Source of the DNA: Candidatus Scatovivens sp.
Lineage (GTDB): Bacteria > Bacillota > Clostridia > TANB77 > CAG-508
Direction: 5' to 3'
Assembly (NCBI GenBank): GCA_045602645.1
Contig: JAZSBZ010000085.1
Coordinates: forward strand, 1 to 42,232
Length of the DNA: 42,232 nucleotides
In this document: positions 27,435 to 37,152 of the stretch, one piece after another
Position numbering within the stretch: position 1 is the stretch's first letter
Layout: the number at the start of each line of letters is the position of its first letter
Made by a program: the position numbers and the translations under genes
The notes under the pieces: generated by a model
Told to the model about the DNA's origin: nothing
Databases searched by the model: none
The model's input: the letters and a program-made list of their open reading frames with translations, nothing else

Positions 27435-27481
27435 ACAAACAAAAATAGCGTATTACCATTTTTTCTTTATGGTTATACGCT
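27435..27481 (-). terminator. intrinsic terminator after rusA
   Basis: 13-bp stem AGCGTATAACCAT/ATGGTAATACGCT (one mismatch) followed by ATTTTTGTTTG on the minus strand. Confidence 0.7.
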
Positions 27482-27515
27482 ACTTATTTTCTATCTTTTA
27501 TTATATGACAAACTA

Positions 27516-27929
27516 TTAATATTCTTCTATTTTAACATATACTTTTTCTATCTCATCTAGTGCATATAATTTTTCAACTTCTATCTTAGTAATTTGATTA
27601 TCATCTTTAAAAGCAATTCCATTTAAACTATCTAAAATAATCTTAACAATATTATCTATATCAGGCTTTTTAGTCGGACTTAAAACCCCCTCTTCAATCA
27701 ATTTTCTATCTTTTTTAGTTGTTGTTTTAGGAATTTTAAAATAAGCATTAATAGTAACTTTAACTCTATTTTCTAAAGGCAAACTTCTTGGATGTTTAAT
27801 TTTAAAATATTGTTTAACAAGCATTTCATAATCCTTAGTATCTCCTGGTGTATATGCTCTACAAGTTAATGTATTTACTCTTGGTCTTGCTTTTCCTTTT
27901 ATATCTCCTATTACTTCAAATTCAAACAT
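27516..27929 (-). CDS. rusA: RusA-family crossover junction endodeoxyribonuclease
   Basis: The KPDIDNIVKIILDSLNGIAFKDDNQI block parallels E. coli RusA [26 protein letters not shown]. N-terminal GKARPR motif. Confidence 0.85.
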   Translation of the reverse strand: MFEFEVIGDIKGKARPRVNTLTCRAYTPGDTKDYEMLVKQYFKIKHPRSLPLENRVKVTINAYFKIPKTTTKKDRKLIEEGVLSPTKKPDIDNIVKIILDSLNGIAFKDDNQITKIEVEKLYALDEIEKVYVKIEEY

Positions 27930-27933
27930 ATCA

Positions 27934-28920
27934 TTATCCTTTTATTGTTAATTTAATATCTTTACCATGAGCAGAAAGGATTGCTCTACCACCTACTGGG
28001 AATGTAAAAATAGGTGTTGAATGGCCAAAATCAGCTCCAGCAATAACTGGAATATGTGCTAATTCCTTTTTATTCTTAATCATTTTAATCCATTTTTCTT
28101 TTGTCATTTCTGTTGCTTTTTGACTTCTACCTAAAACAATTCCTTTAACTGTTTTAAACTCAGGCATATGCATTAATGATTGAAGATTTCTATCAAACTC
28201 CATTAAGAATATTTTTCCCGCCATATCATCATCTTCTAAAAATAATATTTTATTTTCAATATTTGGCATATATTCTGTTCCTTGAAGAAGATTTAAAGTG
28301 CATAAGTTACCACCTACTATATCTCCTTCTGCATCACCTTCATTAATAACATACATTCCATCATTTTTAACAAAGTCACGATTTTCTTGATCCATAAACC
28401 AAGGGTCATCACTCCATTCTTCTGATGATGTAAGTTCAAATTCATCTTCTTGGAAAAACATTTTCTTAAAGTTTTCTAATGTATATTCAAAACCTTTCTT
28501 CATTCCAAAGCTTGAATAATGTGGGCCTGAATATGTTACTAATCCTGTTTTTGCATGAATTGAACATGATAGTGCTGTAATATCAGAAAAACCACAGAAT
28601 ATTTTTGGATTTTCTTTAATTGCTTCATAATCTATATAATCTAATATTTGGTTAGAATTAAATCCACCAATTACAGTTAAAATCGCTTTAACATTTTTAT
28701 CACGAAATGCTTCATTTAAATCTGCAATTCTAGCATCCATGCTTGCAGCAAAATAATCAACATCATATTCCATTACATGTTTTCCAAATGTAACTTTTAA
28801 TCCTAATGCTTCTAATCTTTCTGTAGCTATTTTTTTACAATCTTCTCCTAAAATTGCCATTGATCTTGATGGAGCTATAACTCTTACTTCATCTCCCGCT
28901 TTTAATTTATTTGGTATCAT
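27934..28920 (-). CDS. S66-family LD-carboxypeptidase (LdcA/MccF-like)
   Basis: Nucleophile block FCGFSDITAL, a C-terminal GADFGH block, and family-typical length of 328 aa. Confidence 0.85.
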   Translation of the reverse strand: MIPNKLKAGDEVRVIAPSRSMAILGEDCKKIATERLEALGLKVTFGKHVMEYDVDYFAASMDARIADLNEAFRDKNVKAILTVIGGFNSNQILDYIDYEAIKENPKIFCGFSDITALSCSIHAKTGLVTYSGPHYSSFGMKKGFEYTLENFKKMFFQEDEFELTSSEEWSDDPWFMDQENRDFVKNDGMYVINEGDAEGDIVGGNLCTLNLLQGTEYMPNIENKILFLEDDDMAGKIFLMEFDRNLQSLMHMPEFKTVKGIVLGRSQKATEMTKEKWIKMIKNKKELAHIPVIAGADFGHSTPIFTFPVGGRAILSAHGKDIKLTIKG

Positions 28921-28994
28921 ATAAAATTCCTCCCGTCTTAAATCATTTTAATTATTTTTTAGTTTATCACCATTTTCCTTATTTTACAAGATTT

Positions 28995-29987
28995 TTAATC
29001 TTCAAGTAACAATAAATTTTTATATTTATCACTACTTTCAACCATTTTTCTAACCTTATCTTCTAAACCAAGTCCATATGCAAAAGGAATTACATCTTCC
29101 AAATTTTCAAATTGCTTTGATAAAGTTTTAACATCATCATTTAATAATGCATTATATACTTCTTCTAAATCATCTTTATATTTTTTTGCTCCAGGTGCCA
29201 TTGGATATATTGGAGCTAATTCTTCATTATCAATTCTGTTATTATACATGTTAAACAAATATATCAATACCGAAAATGTTGCAAAATATGACATTCCAGC
29301 CATCACAAGCATATGCGGTACATATATTTCTTCTATATTACCCATCAATAGGCAAAAATTTATCATTGCAGCAATTAATCCAAGCAACATATATTCCATC
29401 ATCGCATTTGCCTTGTATCTATCAGATCTTCTCTTTATTATTCCAACTAAAGATGCATCTTCTTTTAAAATATTATCAAAATCTGATACATCATCTATAT
29501 CAAAATTTTTATATTTTTTAAATACAAATATTTCATGTCTTAACCATTTACTATAATCAAGTTCATTTTGTAAAACATACCCGAATTCATTAATTGATAT
29601 AAAATCTTTATATAATAATCCCGCCATTACCGCTTTATAATTTAATTCTGTTTCTTCACAATCTACTAAAAATGGAATCATAAGTGGTGGAAATCCATTT
29701 TTTAATTTATAACTTTCTGAACCACGATTTCTATCAAAAAATGCTTCTGTTATTTTAAAAGCTTTAATAATACTCACACAACGCCAAATTGCAGTTATTG
29801 GAAAAACGACATATAAAAAAACATTAGCAAAAAATAGAATTCTTAAAGAAGAAAGTGAAAATAACGTTATTGCTGCTAAAATACCTAGAAAAATTGTTCC
29901 AAGCACTTCATAAGCAACATTAGTAGATAATATTGCATTTCCATAATTTTCTTGTTCTAATTTATTTTCCTTTTTCTTATTTTTCAT
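28995..29987 (-). CDS. hypothetical polytopic membrane protein (330 aa)
   Basis: Two TM pairs flank an about 120-aa soluble loop. No motif recognised. Confidence 0.55.
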   Translation of the reverse strand: MKNKKKENKLEQENYGNAILSTNVAYEVLGTIFLGILAAITLFSLSSLRILFFANVFLYVVFPITAIWRCVSIIKAFKITEAFFDRNRGSESYKLKNGFPPLMIPFLVDCEETELNYKAVMAGLLYKDFISINEFGYVLQNELDYSKWLRHEIFVFKKYKNFDIDDVSDFDNILKEDASLVGIIKRRSDRYKANAMMEYMLLGLIAAMINFCLLMGNIEEIYVPHMLVMAGMSYFATFSVLIYLFNMYNNRIDNEELAPIYPMAPGAKKYKDDLEEVYNALLNDDVKTLSKQFENLEDVIPFAYGLGLEDKVRKMVESSDKYKNLLLLED

Positions 29988-30121
29988 TGCATCTCCTCTT
30001 TAAATATCTTTATTTATTGTTTTTTATCCTTTATAACACAATTATTATATCATTAAAACTTTTTTATACTTTAATTGTTACTAAAAAGATATAAAAATCA
30101 CATCTTTATAGCATTTTGTAA

Positions 30122-30148
30122 ACAAAAAAGTAGCTATTTCTAGCTACT
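30122..30148 (-). terminator. intrinsic terminator of the zinc ABC operon
   Basis: AGTAGCTA/TAGCTACT stem flanked by an A-run and a T-run, so it could act in both directions. Confidence 0.7.
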
Positions 30149-30165
30149 TATTTTTATTTATAAAA

Positions 30166-30981
30166 TTAAATTTTTGCAAGTTTACAACAAATTGAACTAA
30201 TTGCAAGTAAAATTACATATACTAATACAATTCCAGCTCCTGTTGGCATATTTAAGAAGAATGATACAAATATTCCAATTACAAAACAAATTATAGAAGT
30301 AAGTACGCTCATTGCAACTAAACCTTTAAAACTTGTAGTAAACATCTTTGCAATAATTGCAGGAAATACTATTAAACTTGAAATTAAAAGTGTTCCCATC
30401 ATTCTCATTCCAACAACAACTACTAAAGCTGTTAAAAGAGCTATTAAAAATTGATAAAATGATACGTTTATTCCTGTTGTTTTTGCATATTTTTCATCAA
30501 ATGTTACTAAGAATAATCTATTATAAAATGCAACATATACTCCAATTGAAAGTACAGTAAGTATTATACTTAAAATAACATCTTTAGTAGTCATTGTTAA
30601 TATACTACCAAACATATAATTATAACTATCTGCACCAAATCCACTTGTAAAAGAAGTAATTATAACTCCAAATGCAAGAGCTCCTGTTGCAACTAGTGCA
30701 ATAATAATATCTGCTGATTCACCTTTCTTTTGACTAATAAACATTATTATTATTGCTGCAATTATAACTATCGGAATTGATACTGCAATTGGCTCTAAAC
30801 TAAGTGCTGTTGCTAAAGCTAGTGCAGCGAAACCAACTTCACCAAGTCCATGACCAATCATAGAATAATTTTTAAGTGTTAGAATAACTCCTATTAAAGC
30901 TGCTGAAAAAGATATCGCTATACCACAAAGAAGTGCTCTTTGCATGAATGTATATGATAAAAGATCTAATAATTCACCCAT
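30166..30981 (-). CDS. znuB: metal (zinc-type) ABC transporter permease
   Basis: Polytopic TroC/ZnuB-like protein. ATG at 30981 lies 1 nt after the ATPase stop. The ORF-track start 31017 overlaps the ATPase gene. Confidence 0.8.
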   Translation of the reverse strand: MGELLDLLSYTFMQRALLCGIAISFSAALIGVILTLKNYSMIGHGLGEVGFAALALATALSLEPIAVSIPIVIIAAIIIMFISQKKGESADIIIALVATGALAFGVIITSFTSGFGADSYNYMFGSILTMTTKDVILSIILTVLSIGVYVAFYNRLFLVTFDEKYAKTTGINVSFYQFLIALLTALVVVVGMRMMGTLLISSLIVFPAIIAKMFTTSFKGLVAMSVLTSIICFVIGIFVSFFLNMPTGAGIVLVYVILLAISSICCKLAKI

Positions 30982-30982
30982 T

Positions 30983-31645
30983 TTAAAATCCTTTCCAACC
31001 TTCAAAATTTCCGTCATACTTAACTGTTTTTGCTAATGAAATTATTCTTGGTTTAATTTCTTCTAATTCATCTAAATCATGTGTTGCCATTATAATTGTC
31101 ATTTTATTTTCTCTATTTTCATTTTCAAGAATTTTATATAATTCTTTTGTTATATGATAATCTAAACCTGTTGCTGGTTCATCTAAAATAAGTAATCTTG
31201 GTTTTCTAACTAACGCTCTAGCAATTAATACTCTTTGTTTTTGTCCACCTGATAAATCACCTATTCTTCTAGATTGAATATCTTCAATTTTAAGCTTCTT
31301 AACTACATCTTCATATACTTTCTTATCTTCCTTAGTATAAAACGCTAATTTGCCGTGTTTTTGTACTCCAGACATTATAATTTCTTTTGCTGTCGCAGGA
31401 AAATCTAAATCTTTTAAATTTGTTTGAGATAAATAAGCTACTTCATCTAATGAAATATTAAGTGCTACTTTTCCCTCTTCTTGTTTTAAAAGTCCAACGA
31501 TTGTTTTTACAAGTGTTGATTTACCTGAACCATTTTCTCCTACTAAACAAATATATTCTCCATCTTCTACTTTAAAGTTAACATCTTCTATTGCAACATG
31601 ATTTGAATATAAAACTCTTAATTTTTCTACTTCTAATATAGTCAT
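30983..31645 (-). CDS. znuC: metal ABC transporter ATP-binding protein
   Basis: Walker A GENGSGKST, signature LSGGQKQR, Walker B LLILDEP. Confidence 0.88.
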   Translation of the reverse strand: MTILEVEKLRVLYSNHVAIEDVNFKVEDGEYICLVGENGSGKSTLVKTIVGLLKQEEGKVALNISLDEVAYLSQTNLKDLDFPATAKEIIMSGVQKHGKLAFYTKEDKKVYEDVVKKLKIEDIQSRRIGDLSGGQKQRVLIARALVRKPRLLILDEPATGLDYHITKELYKILENENRENKMTIIMATHDLDELEEIKPRIISLAKTVKYDGNFEGWKGF

Positions 31646-31646
31646 T

Positions 31647-32660
31647 TTACTTCAATCCCTTTTCTAAACTTTCTATATTTTTTCTAAATAACGATACATA
31701 TGTATCTGCTTCTTGTCCATTATGAATAGAATATAAAACTAATGGTTCTGTTTGTGTCTCTTCTGCAATCATCTTTGCAACAGTACCTTCGCTTAATTCT
31801 TGATAATATACTACTGGTAAATTATGATTATTAATATAATCAATAACTGATTTAACTTTTGTAATACTTGGATCTTCTCCATGACCACAATTGCTATATA
31901 CACTAACAAATTTCAAATCATATTCTTCAATTAAATATGCATATGCAAATTCTCCACCAATTGCTATTTCTTTGTCTTTTGAAGAATCAACAATTAATTT
32001 TAGATCAGTGTCTAATTTTAAAATTTCATCTTTGTAGTTTTGAGCATTATTTTTATAATATTCTTCATTTTCTGGATCTAACTTTATAACTGACTCTAAT
32101 ATAGAATCTAACATTTTTACTGCGTTTAATGGACTTTGCCAAATATGTGCATCATAAATATGACTATGAGATTCATGTGTGCAACTTTCATCATGACAAT
32201 CTTCATCATGCTCATCTTCTTGATTATGCTTATGTTCATCTCTAATTTCACTATTTATGTGATTTTCTTCAAATTCTGATTGTTTTATCAATTCTATATT
32301 CTTAGATACATCTACAATTTTTGCATCTGTTTGTTTTAAATTTTCAACAATGTTTTCTGTCCATGGTTCAAGTTCTGTTCCTGTATACACAAACATATCT
32401 GAGTTATCTATTATTGTTATCATATCTTTTGCAGTAGGCTCATATGTATGAGTCTCCACTCCAGATGAAATAAGCAATTTAACATTCGCTTTATCTCCCA
32501 CAATTTGTCTTGTTAAATCATATTGTGGAAATAAAGTTGCGACGATTTGAAGCTTATCTGGATCTTTTACAATTGTATCTTTTTTAAAGACTACAATTAA
32601 AGATGTCATAACAACTATTAATATTAAAAAACTTATACAAGCTACTATAGTTTTTTTCAA
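31647..32660 (-). CDS. znuA: metal ABC transporter substrate-binding protein with His/Asp/Glu-rich loop (zinc type)
   Basis: Cluster A-I SBP pattern (THTYEP, DAHIW) plus the loop DEHKHNQEDEHDEDCHDESCTHESHSH that is typical of ZnuA/AdcA. Confidence 0.85.
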   Translation of the reverse strand: MKKTIVACISFLILIVVMTSLIVVFKKDTIVKDPDKLQIVATLFPQYDLTRQIVGDKANVKLLISSGVETHTYEPTAKDMITIIDNSDMFVYTGTELEPWTENIVENLKQTDAKIVDVSKNIELIKQSEFEENHINSEIRDEHKHNQEDEHDEDCHDESCTHESHSHIYDAHIWQSPLNAVKMLDSILESVIKLDPENEEYYKNNAQNYKDEILKLDTDLKLIVDSSKDKEIAIGGEFAYAYLIEEYDLKFVSVYSNCGHGEDPSITKVKSVIDYINNHNLPVVYYQELSEGTVAKMIAEETQTEPLVLYSIHNGQEADTYVSLFRKNIESLEKGLK

Positions 32661-32793
32661 TCTTTTTCTCCTTATTTTTCCTTTTTACATTATATAAGTA
32701 TACTACTTTTTATAGCATTTTGTCAACATTATGTAAATATCATTAAACGACAAAAAATGCCCAAAATATTATTATTTCGAGCATTTTCTTAAA

Positions 32794-33852
32794 CTAAATT
32801 GAATATAAGAAATTCTTTATAGAAGTTACTATATCTTTTGCATTTGATAAGTGAATCATATGATCACCTTCTAATACTTCTACCTTTTGAATTATAGAAC
32901 TTGTAATTAATTTTTCAGCAAGATCTGTTAAATTAACTGTGGCTTCTCCTGCTTCTTTAACAGCATTATATTCATCAACTGTTGTTTTTGATAATATTTG
33001 TAATACTGGTAAATAATCTGGATATACGTAATTAATCATTTCTCTCATATTGTCTTCAGATTTATTAATTTCTCTTATCATTGTTCTACTTAAATATTGG
33101 CTACCAATTCTATTTCTATAAACATCTATTTCTTCTTTTCCATAAATATCTGTCATTCCTTGCATTGTTTTAATATAAAATGTTTCAGGACTTACATAAC
33201 TTAATATTCTTTCATATCCAGTAAGTTCAAAAATAGATGTAATGTTTATATTAGAAACATCTTCTTTTAATTTTGTTTGATAATATTCTTCATTTAATTC
33301 TTGTGGGTATGTTCCATCTAAAGATACTATTCCTTGCACAAGTTCAGGATATGTTTGTTGGAAGTACATTGCATATACATTTGAAAGTGAATGTGGCATT
33401 AAAACATATGGTCCGTAAACACCTGCAACTTCTAATGAAGTTTTAATTTCATGAGCAATATTCTCATTTGTTCTAGCATGTTTTCTCATAGACATACTAT
33501 AACCATATCCAAAATATTCAACAACTACTACTTTATATTGATCTTTTAATCCATCAACTAATGTTTTATATTGAATTACTGGTGATTGCGAACCAAATCC
33601 TGGAAGAATTACAATAGTTTTATCTCCTTCACCAACTTGATAAATATTCATAAATTTATCTTCTTCTTCATATACAGGATATAATTTCTTATATTGTCCT
33701 TGATATCTTGAAGAAATCTCACCCATTTTTAATACATTGTGAACAATAATTAGTACAAAAAGCGCTACTAATATTCTAATTCCCCAATGAACTAAAAAAT
33801 CTTTTAGTAAGTCAAATAATCCAAATATTTTAAAAAGTAACTTATTTAGCAT
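32794..33852 (-). CDS. membrane-anchored alpha/beta-hydrolase-fold protein
   Basis: N-terminal TM, an oxyanion-like ILPGFGS block, a nucleophile-elbow-like HSLSN, and a C-terminal GDHMIH. Confidence 0.6.
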   Translation of the reverse strand: MLNKLLFKIFGLFDLLKDFLVHWGIRILVALFVLIIVHNVLKMGEISSRYQGQYKKLYPVYEEEDKFMNIYQVGEGDKTIVILPGFGSQSPVIQYKTLVDGLKDQYKVVVVEYFGYGYSMSMRKHARTNENIAHEIKTSLEVAGVYGPYVLMPHSLSNVYAMYFQQTYPELVQGIVSLDGTYPQELNEEYYQTKLKEDVSNINITSIFELTGYERILSYVSPETFYIKTMQGMTDIYGKEEIDVYRNRIGSQYLSRTMIREINKSEDNMREMINYVYPDYLPVLQILSKTTVDEYNAVKEAGEATVNLTDLAEKLITSSIIQKVEVLEGDHMIHLSNAKDIVTSIKNFLYSI

Positions 33853-33874
33853 AATTTTCTCCTTTGTTTTCTTC

Positions 33875-34321
33875 TTATTTATTTAAAGTATATTGTAAAT
33901 TATAAGTTTTGTCTGCTAGTGAAACCTCTACGGAAACAGTCTCTTTACCAGATTTATCCGTAATAATTTTAAATAATTCTACATTTTCACATATTTTAAT
34001 TTTATTAAAATAAATTATATTACCTTGCTTTAAAAATGTATTTGTTGTACCATCTGGATTTTCAAAAGTAATATAATAACTTGTATCATCATTATTATCT
34101 ACTAATCCAGAACTTTTTATTTTAACGCCATCATCTTTAGTTACATTCAAAAAGTATAAATTTAATTTAGTATATTCTGAATTAACAAATGAATCGTCAT
34201 TCAATCTTTTTACATTATGATAAAAGTGTGCCATAATAAAACCAAGCACAACTACAATAATTAAAAAAATACTTGTATATATTAACAAACTCTTCATTGC
34301 TTTAGTTAGGTTTGCTTGCAT
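33875..34321 (-). CDS. hypothetical N-terminally anchored protein (148 aa)
   Basis: Single TM, then a beta-rich domain. No motif recognised. Confidence 0.5.
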   Translation of the reverse strand: MQANLTKAMKSLLIYTSIFLIIVVVLGFIMAHFYHNVKRLNDDSFVNSEYTKLNLYFLNVTKDDGVKIKSSGLVDNNDDTSYYITFENPDGTTNTFLKQGNIIYFNKIKICENVELFKIITDKSGKETVSVEVSLADKTYNLQYTLNK

Positions 34322-34399
34322 TTTTAATCACTCTCTTTTAAATAATATATCTATAAAAAATCTTAACATATAATCATTTTTTATTCAATCATTTTATTT

Positions 34400-34431
34400 A
34401 AAAAAAGAAGAACCGAGCACGCGCCCGATTC
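34400..34431 (-). terminator. intrinsic terminator of the foreign 177-aa gene
   Basis: Minus strand reads GAAUCGGGC-GCGU-GCUCGGUUC (two G-U pairs) followed by UUCUUUUUUU. The GC-rich stem is unlike the host terminators. Confidence 0.7.
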
Positions 34432-34455
34432 TCCTTTTGTAGTCAAATAATCTTA

Positions 34456-34989
34456 CTATTCAATTGTTCTCAAAACTTCAGTCACAGTAACGAAATGATC
34501 CTGATATTCTTGCATCGTCTTAAAACGATCAAGCTGATTAAACTCCAGCTCCTGCTTAATAAAATCAGGAATTTCAATTCCGTAATCTATAAGTTTGTTC
34601 ATCGCCATTTTGGATTCTTCACGCGTTTCTTCAAATTTCTGTTTCAAAGCTCCATAATCGTCAATTTGGACTACTTTGTTCTCCATATAAGATAAATATG
34701 TGATATTTCCCAAATAAAACCTCAGAAACGAACCCGTGAATTCTGCAACAGCTGTTGCTCTTTTCAGTCTATTCTCGTTTTCTTCAGCACTTCGTTCTAA
34801 TTCTTTGGTCTTCACATACCGATCCCATCCTGGTTCAGTTTCTCTGAAGAACTTGATAGTATCGATAACCGAAGTAACATAGATGTACGGCTGTTTTACA
34901 AGCCACACGATCTTATGCCATAAGGCACTTAGATACATCCTCCGCATCACCTTTGACGTAAAAAATAGTTTGACTTTTTTCATCTTCAT
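34456..34989 (-). CDS. hypothetical protein, compositionally foreign
   Basis: Visibly more GC and more G/C-ending codons than its neighbours. The likely start is the third codon (ATG 34983), 7 nt after GGAGG. No motif recognised. Confidence 0.6.
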   Translation of the reverse strand: MKMKKVKLFFTSKVMRRMYLSALWHKIVWLVKQPYIYVTSVIDTIKFFRETEPGWDRYVKTKELERSAEENENRLKRATAVAEFTGSFLRFYLGNITYLSYMENKVVQIDDYGALKQKFEETREESKMAMNKLIDYGIEIPDFIKQELEFNQLDRFKTMQEYQDHFVTVTEVLRTIE

Positions 34990-35050
34990 ACCTCCAGTAA
35001 TTATATATTCTAAGGTCTTAATGATACGTTTTCTAAATTTGACTGCAATT

Positions 35051-35079
35051 ATTATATCATATTTTCACCTTCAAGTAAA
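35051..35079 (-). promoter_or_regulatory. extended -10 promoter of the 177-aa gene
   Basis: Minus strand reads TTTACT, 17 nt (ending TGA), TATAAT. Confidence 0.45.
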
Positions 35080-35109
35080 CGTTTTCGTTGATATATAGGC
35101 GTTTTGAAG

Positions 35110-35138
35110 CAAAAAAAGATGGACTAAATCGTCCATCT
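35110..35138 (-). terminator. intrinsic terminator of rplJ-rplL
   Basis: AGATGGAC/GTCCATCT stem followed by a 7-T run on the minus strand. Confidence 0.8.
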
Positions 35139-35158
35139 TCTTTATTTGTGAAATTAAA

Positions 35159-35527
35159 TTATTTTAATTCTACAGTTGCTCCAGCTTCTACGAATTTAGC
35201 TTTCATTTCTTCAGCTTCTTCTTTAGATGCTCCTTCTTTAACTGTTTTTGGTGCTCCGTCAACTAATTCTTTAGCTTCTTTTAATCCTAATCCTGTAATA
35301 TCTCTTACTACTTTGATTACAGCGATTTTGTTTGCTCCAGCGTCAGCTAAAACAACATCGAAAGATGATTTTTCAGCAGCAGCTTCTCCAGCAGCTCCAG
35401 CAGCTGGTGCAGCAACAGCAGCAGCTGTTACTCCGTATTTTTCTTCAATTCCTTTTACTAATTCAGCTAACTCAACAACTGTTAAGCTATCGATTTCTTC
35501 TAACATTTTATCTGTTTTTGCACTCAT
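35159..35527 (-). CDS. rplL: 50S ribosomal protein L7/L12
   Basis: Ala-rich hinge and C-terminal [23 protein letters not shown]...VELK. Confidence 0.97.
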   Translation of the reverse strand: MSAKTDKMLEEIDSLTVVELAELVKGIEEKYGVTAAAVAAPAAGAAGEAAAEKSSFDVVLADAGANKIAVIKVVRDITGLGLKEAKELVDGAPKTVKEGASKEEAEEMKAKFVEAGATVELK

Positions 35528-35673
35528 TTTAAATCCTCCTAATATTTTTTATTTTATTTTTTATTTTAATTTTTTTTGATAGTTTACTATCATTTTGAGT
35601 GTTTGTACATTTAAGTACAATATATTTTAATTACTTTTGTTTTATTAGTTATAAACTAATATTTAATGTAAAA

Positions 35674-36180
35674 CTATTTTGCTTCTTCTTCTTTTTTAAC
35701 TCTAACTGCATCAAGTGTAGCAGCAAGTTTTGAAACATTTGCAAGTAAGCATCCAGCAAGTTTTGCGATAAGTTCTTCTCTTGATGGTAATTGAGCAAGA
35801 GTTGTTAATTCTTCTACTGAAGATAATTTTCCTTCTAATACTCCACCTTTGATTGTGTAGAACTCATTAGCTTTAGCAAATTTGTAAATTGCTTTTAATG
35901 CTGGTAAATATTCTTCTTGAGCGATGATAACTGCAGTTGGTCCAACTAAAGCTTCATCTAATTCTGTAATTCCGTTTTCAGCTAAAGCTCTTCTTGTAAT
36001 GTTATTTTTGATAACACTATATTCTGCTCCAGTTGCTCTTACAGTTTTTCTCAAAGCTGTATCATCAGCTACGTTGATTCCTCTGTAGTTTACTAATAAA
36101 ACTACGCTAGCATCTTTCATTTTTGCAGCTAATTCTTTTACTTCTTTCTCTTTTTGTTGAATAATTTTTTCACTAGCCAA
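35674..36180 (-). CDS. rplJ: 50S ribosomal protein L10
   Basis: 168 aa, TTG start after GGAGGTGA. Typical L10 blocks (VVLLVNYRGINV, ALRKTVRATGAEYSVIKN). Confidence 0.93.
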   Translation of the reverse strand: MASEKIIQQKEKEVKELAAKMKDASVVLLVNYRGINVADDTALRKTVRATGAEYSVIKNNITRRALAENGITELDEALVGPTAVIIAQEEYLPALKAIYKFAKANEFYTIKGGVLEGKLSSVEELTTLAQLPSREELIAKLAGCLLANVSKLAATLDAVRVKKEEEAK

Positions 36181-36248
36181 TTTAATTTCACCTCCACTTT
36201 ATTTGAATATATTTTATAAATTTCTTTACTAATATATTGTCGTCCTTT

Positions 36249-36303
36249 CAATAAGAAAAGACCTCTTTGATAACCCAAGTTCACAAGGTAATCAAAGAGG
36301 TCT
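36249..36303 (-). promoter_or_regulatory. terminator/attenuator hairpin in the rplA-rplJ spacer (L10-leader position)
   Basis: Perfect 13-bp stem AGACCTCTTTGAT/ATCAAAGAGGTCT followed by TTTTCTTATT, within a 207-nt spacer upstream of rplJ. Confidence 0.6.
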
Positions 36304-36387
36304 TTAAAATCCGATCTCTTAAATTTTCCTCGGTAAGATTTAGTTTATACTTACTGTCTTAGGTTATATATAATTTTTAATTATTAA

Positions 36388-37071
36388 CTATTTTTGGTTA
36401 ATATATACGCTTGGTCCCATTGTTGTTGTTAAAGCAACACTTCTAATGTATTGTCCTTTAGCAGCAGCTGGTTTAGCTTTGATAACAGCATCAACTAATG
36501 TTTGATAGTTTTCAGCTAATTTTTCTGGTCCAAATGAAACTTTTCCAATTCCAACATGGATAATATTTGTTTTATCTAATCTGTATTCAACTTTACCAGA
36601 TTTGATTTCTGAAATTGCTTTTGTAACGTCCATTGTTACTGTTCCTGATTTAGGGTTTGGCATTAATCCTTTTGGTCCTAATACTTTACCTAATCTTCCG
36701 ATTACACCCATCATATCTGGTGTAGCAACGATTACGTCATAATCAAACCAATTTTCTTTTTCGATTTTTGGAACTAATTCTTCAGCTCCTACGAAATCTG
36801 CTCCAGCAGCTTCAGCTTCTTTAGCTTTATCTCCTTTTGCAAATACTAATACTTTTAATGATTTACCTGTACCATGAGGTAATACTACTGTACCTCTAAC
36901 TTGTTGATCAGCATGTTTTGAATCAACACCTAATTTAATGTGTAATTCAACTGTTTCATCAAATTTTGGTTTTGGCATTTTGTTAATAATTTCTAAAGCT
37001 TCTTTAGCTTCATAAAGTTTTGAGCTGTCTACTAATTTAGCAGCTTCTTGATATCTTTTTCCTCTTTTCAT
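36388..37071 (-). CDS. rplA: 50S ribosomal protein L1
   Basis: 227 aa with [15 protein letters not shown]... and [11 protein letters not shown] blocks. Confidence 0.96.
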   Translation of the reverse strand: MKRGKRYQEAAKLVDSSKLYEAKEALEIINKMPKPKFDETVELHIKLGVDSKHADQQVRGTVVLPHGTGKSLKVLVFAKGDKAKEAEAAGADFVGAEELVPKIEKENWFDYDVIVATPDMMGVIGRLGKVLGPKGLMPNPKSGTVTMDVTKAISEIKSGKVEYRLDKTNIIHVGIGKVSFGPEKLAENYQTLVDAVIKAKPAAAKGQYIRSVALTTTMGPSVYINQK

Positions 37072-37152
37072 TTTTCCTCCCGTGGTATTAACGAGTTTAA
37101 TCTATAAACTCTCCCAAATTTTATTTATATATACTTTAAAATATATATCTAA

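Noticed and set aside
35088-35579. 163-aa plus-strand ORF (Ala/Ser-rich) and a 66-aa Gln/Leu-rich ORF
   Set aside because: They are antisense to rplL. The Ala-rich hinge of L7/L12 (GCN repeats) produces open antisense frames. There is no SD or independent signal.
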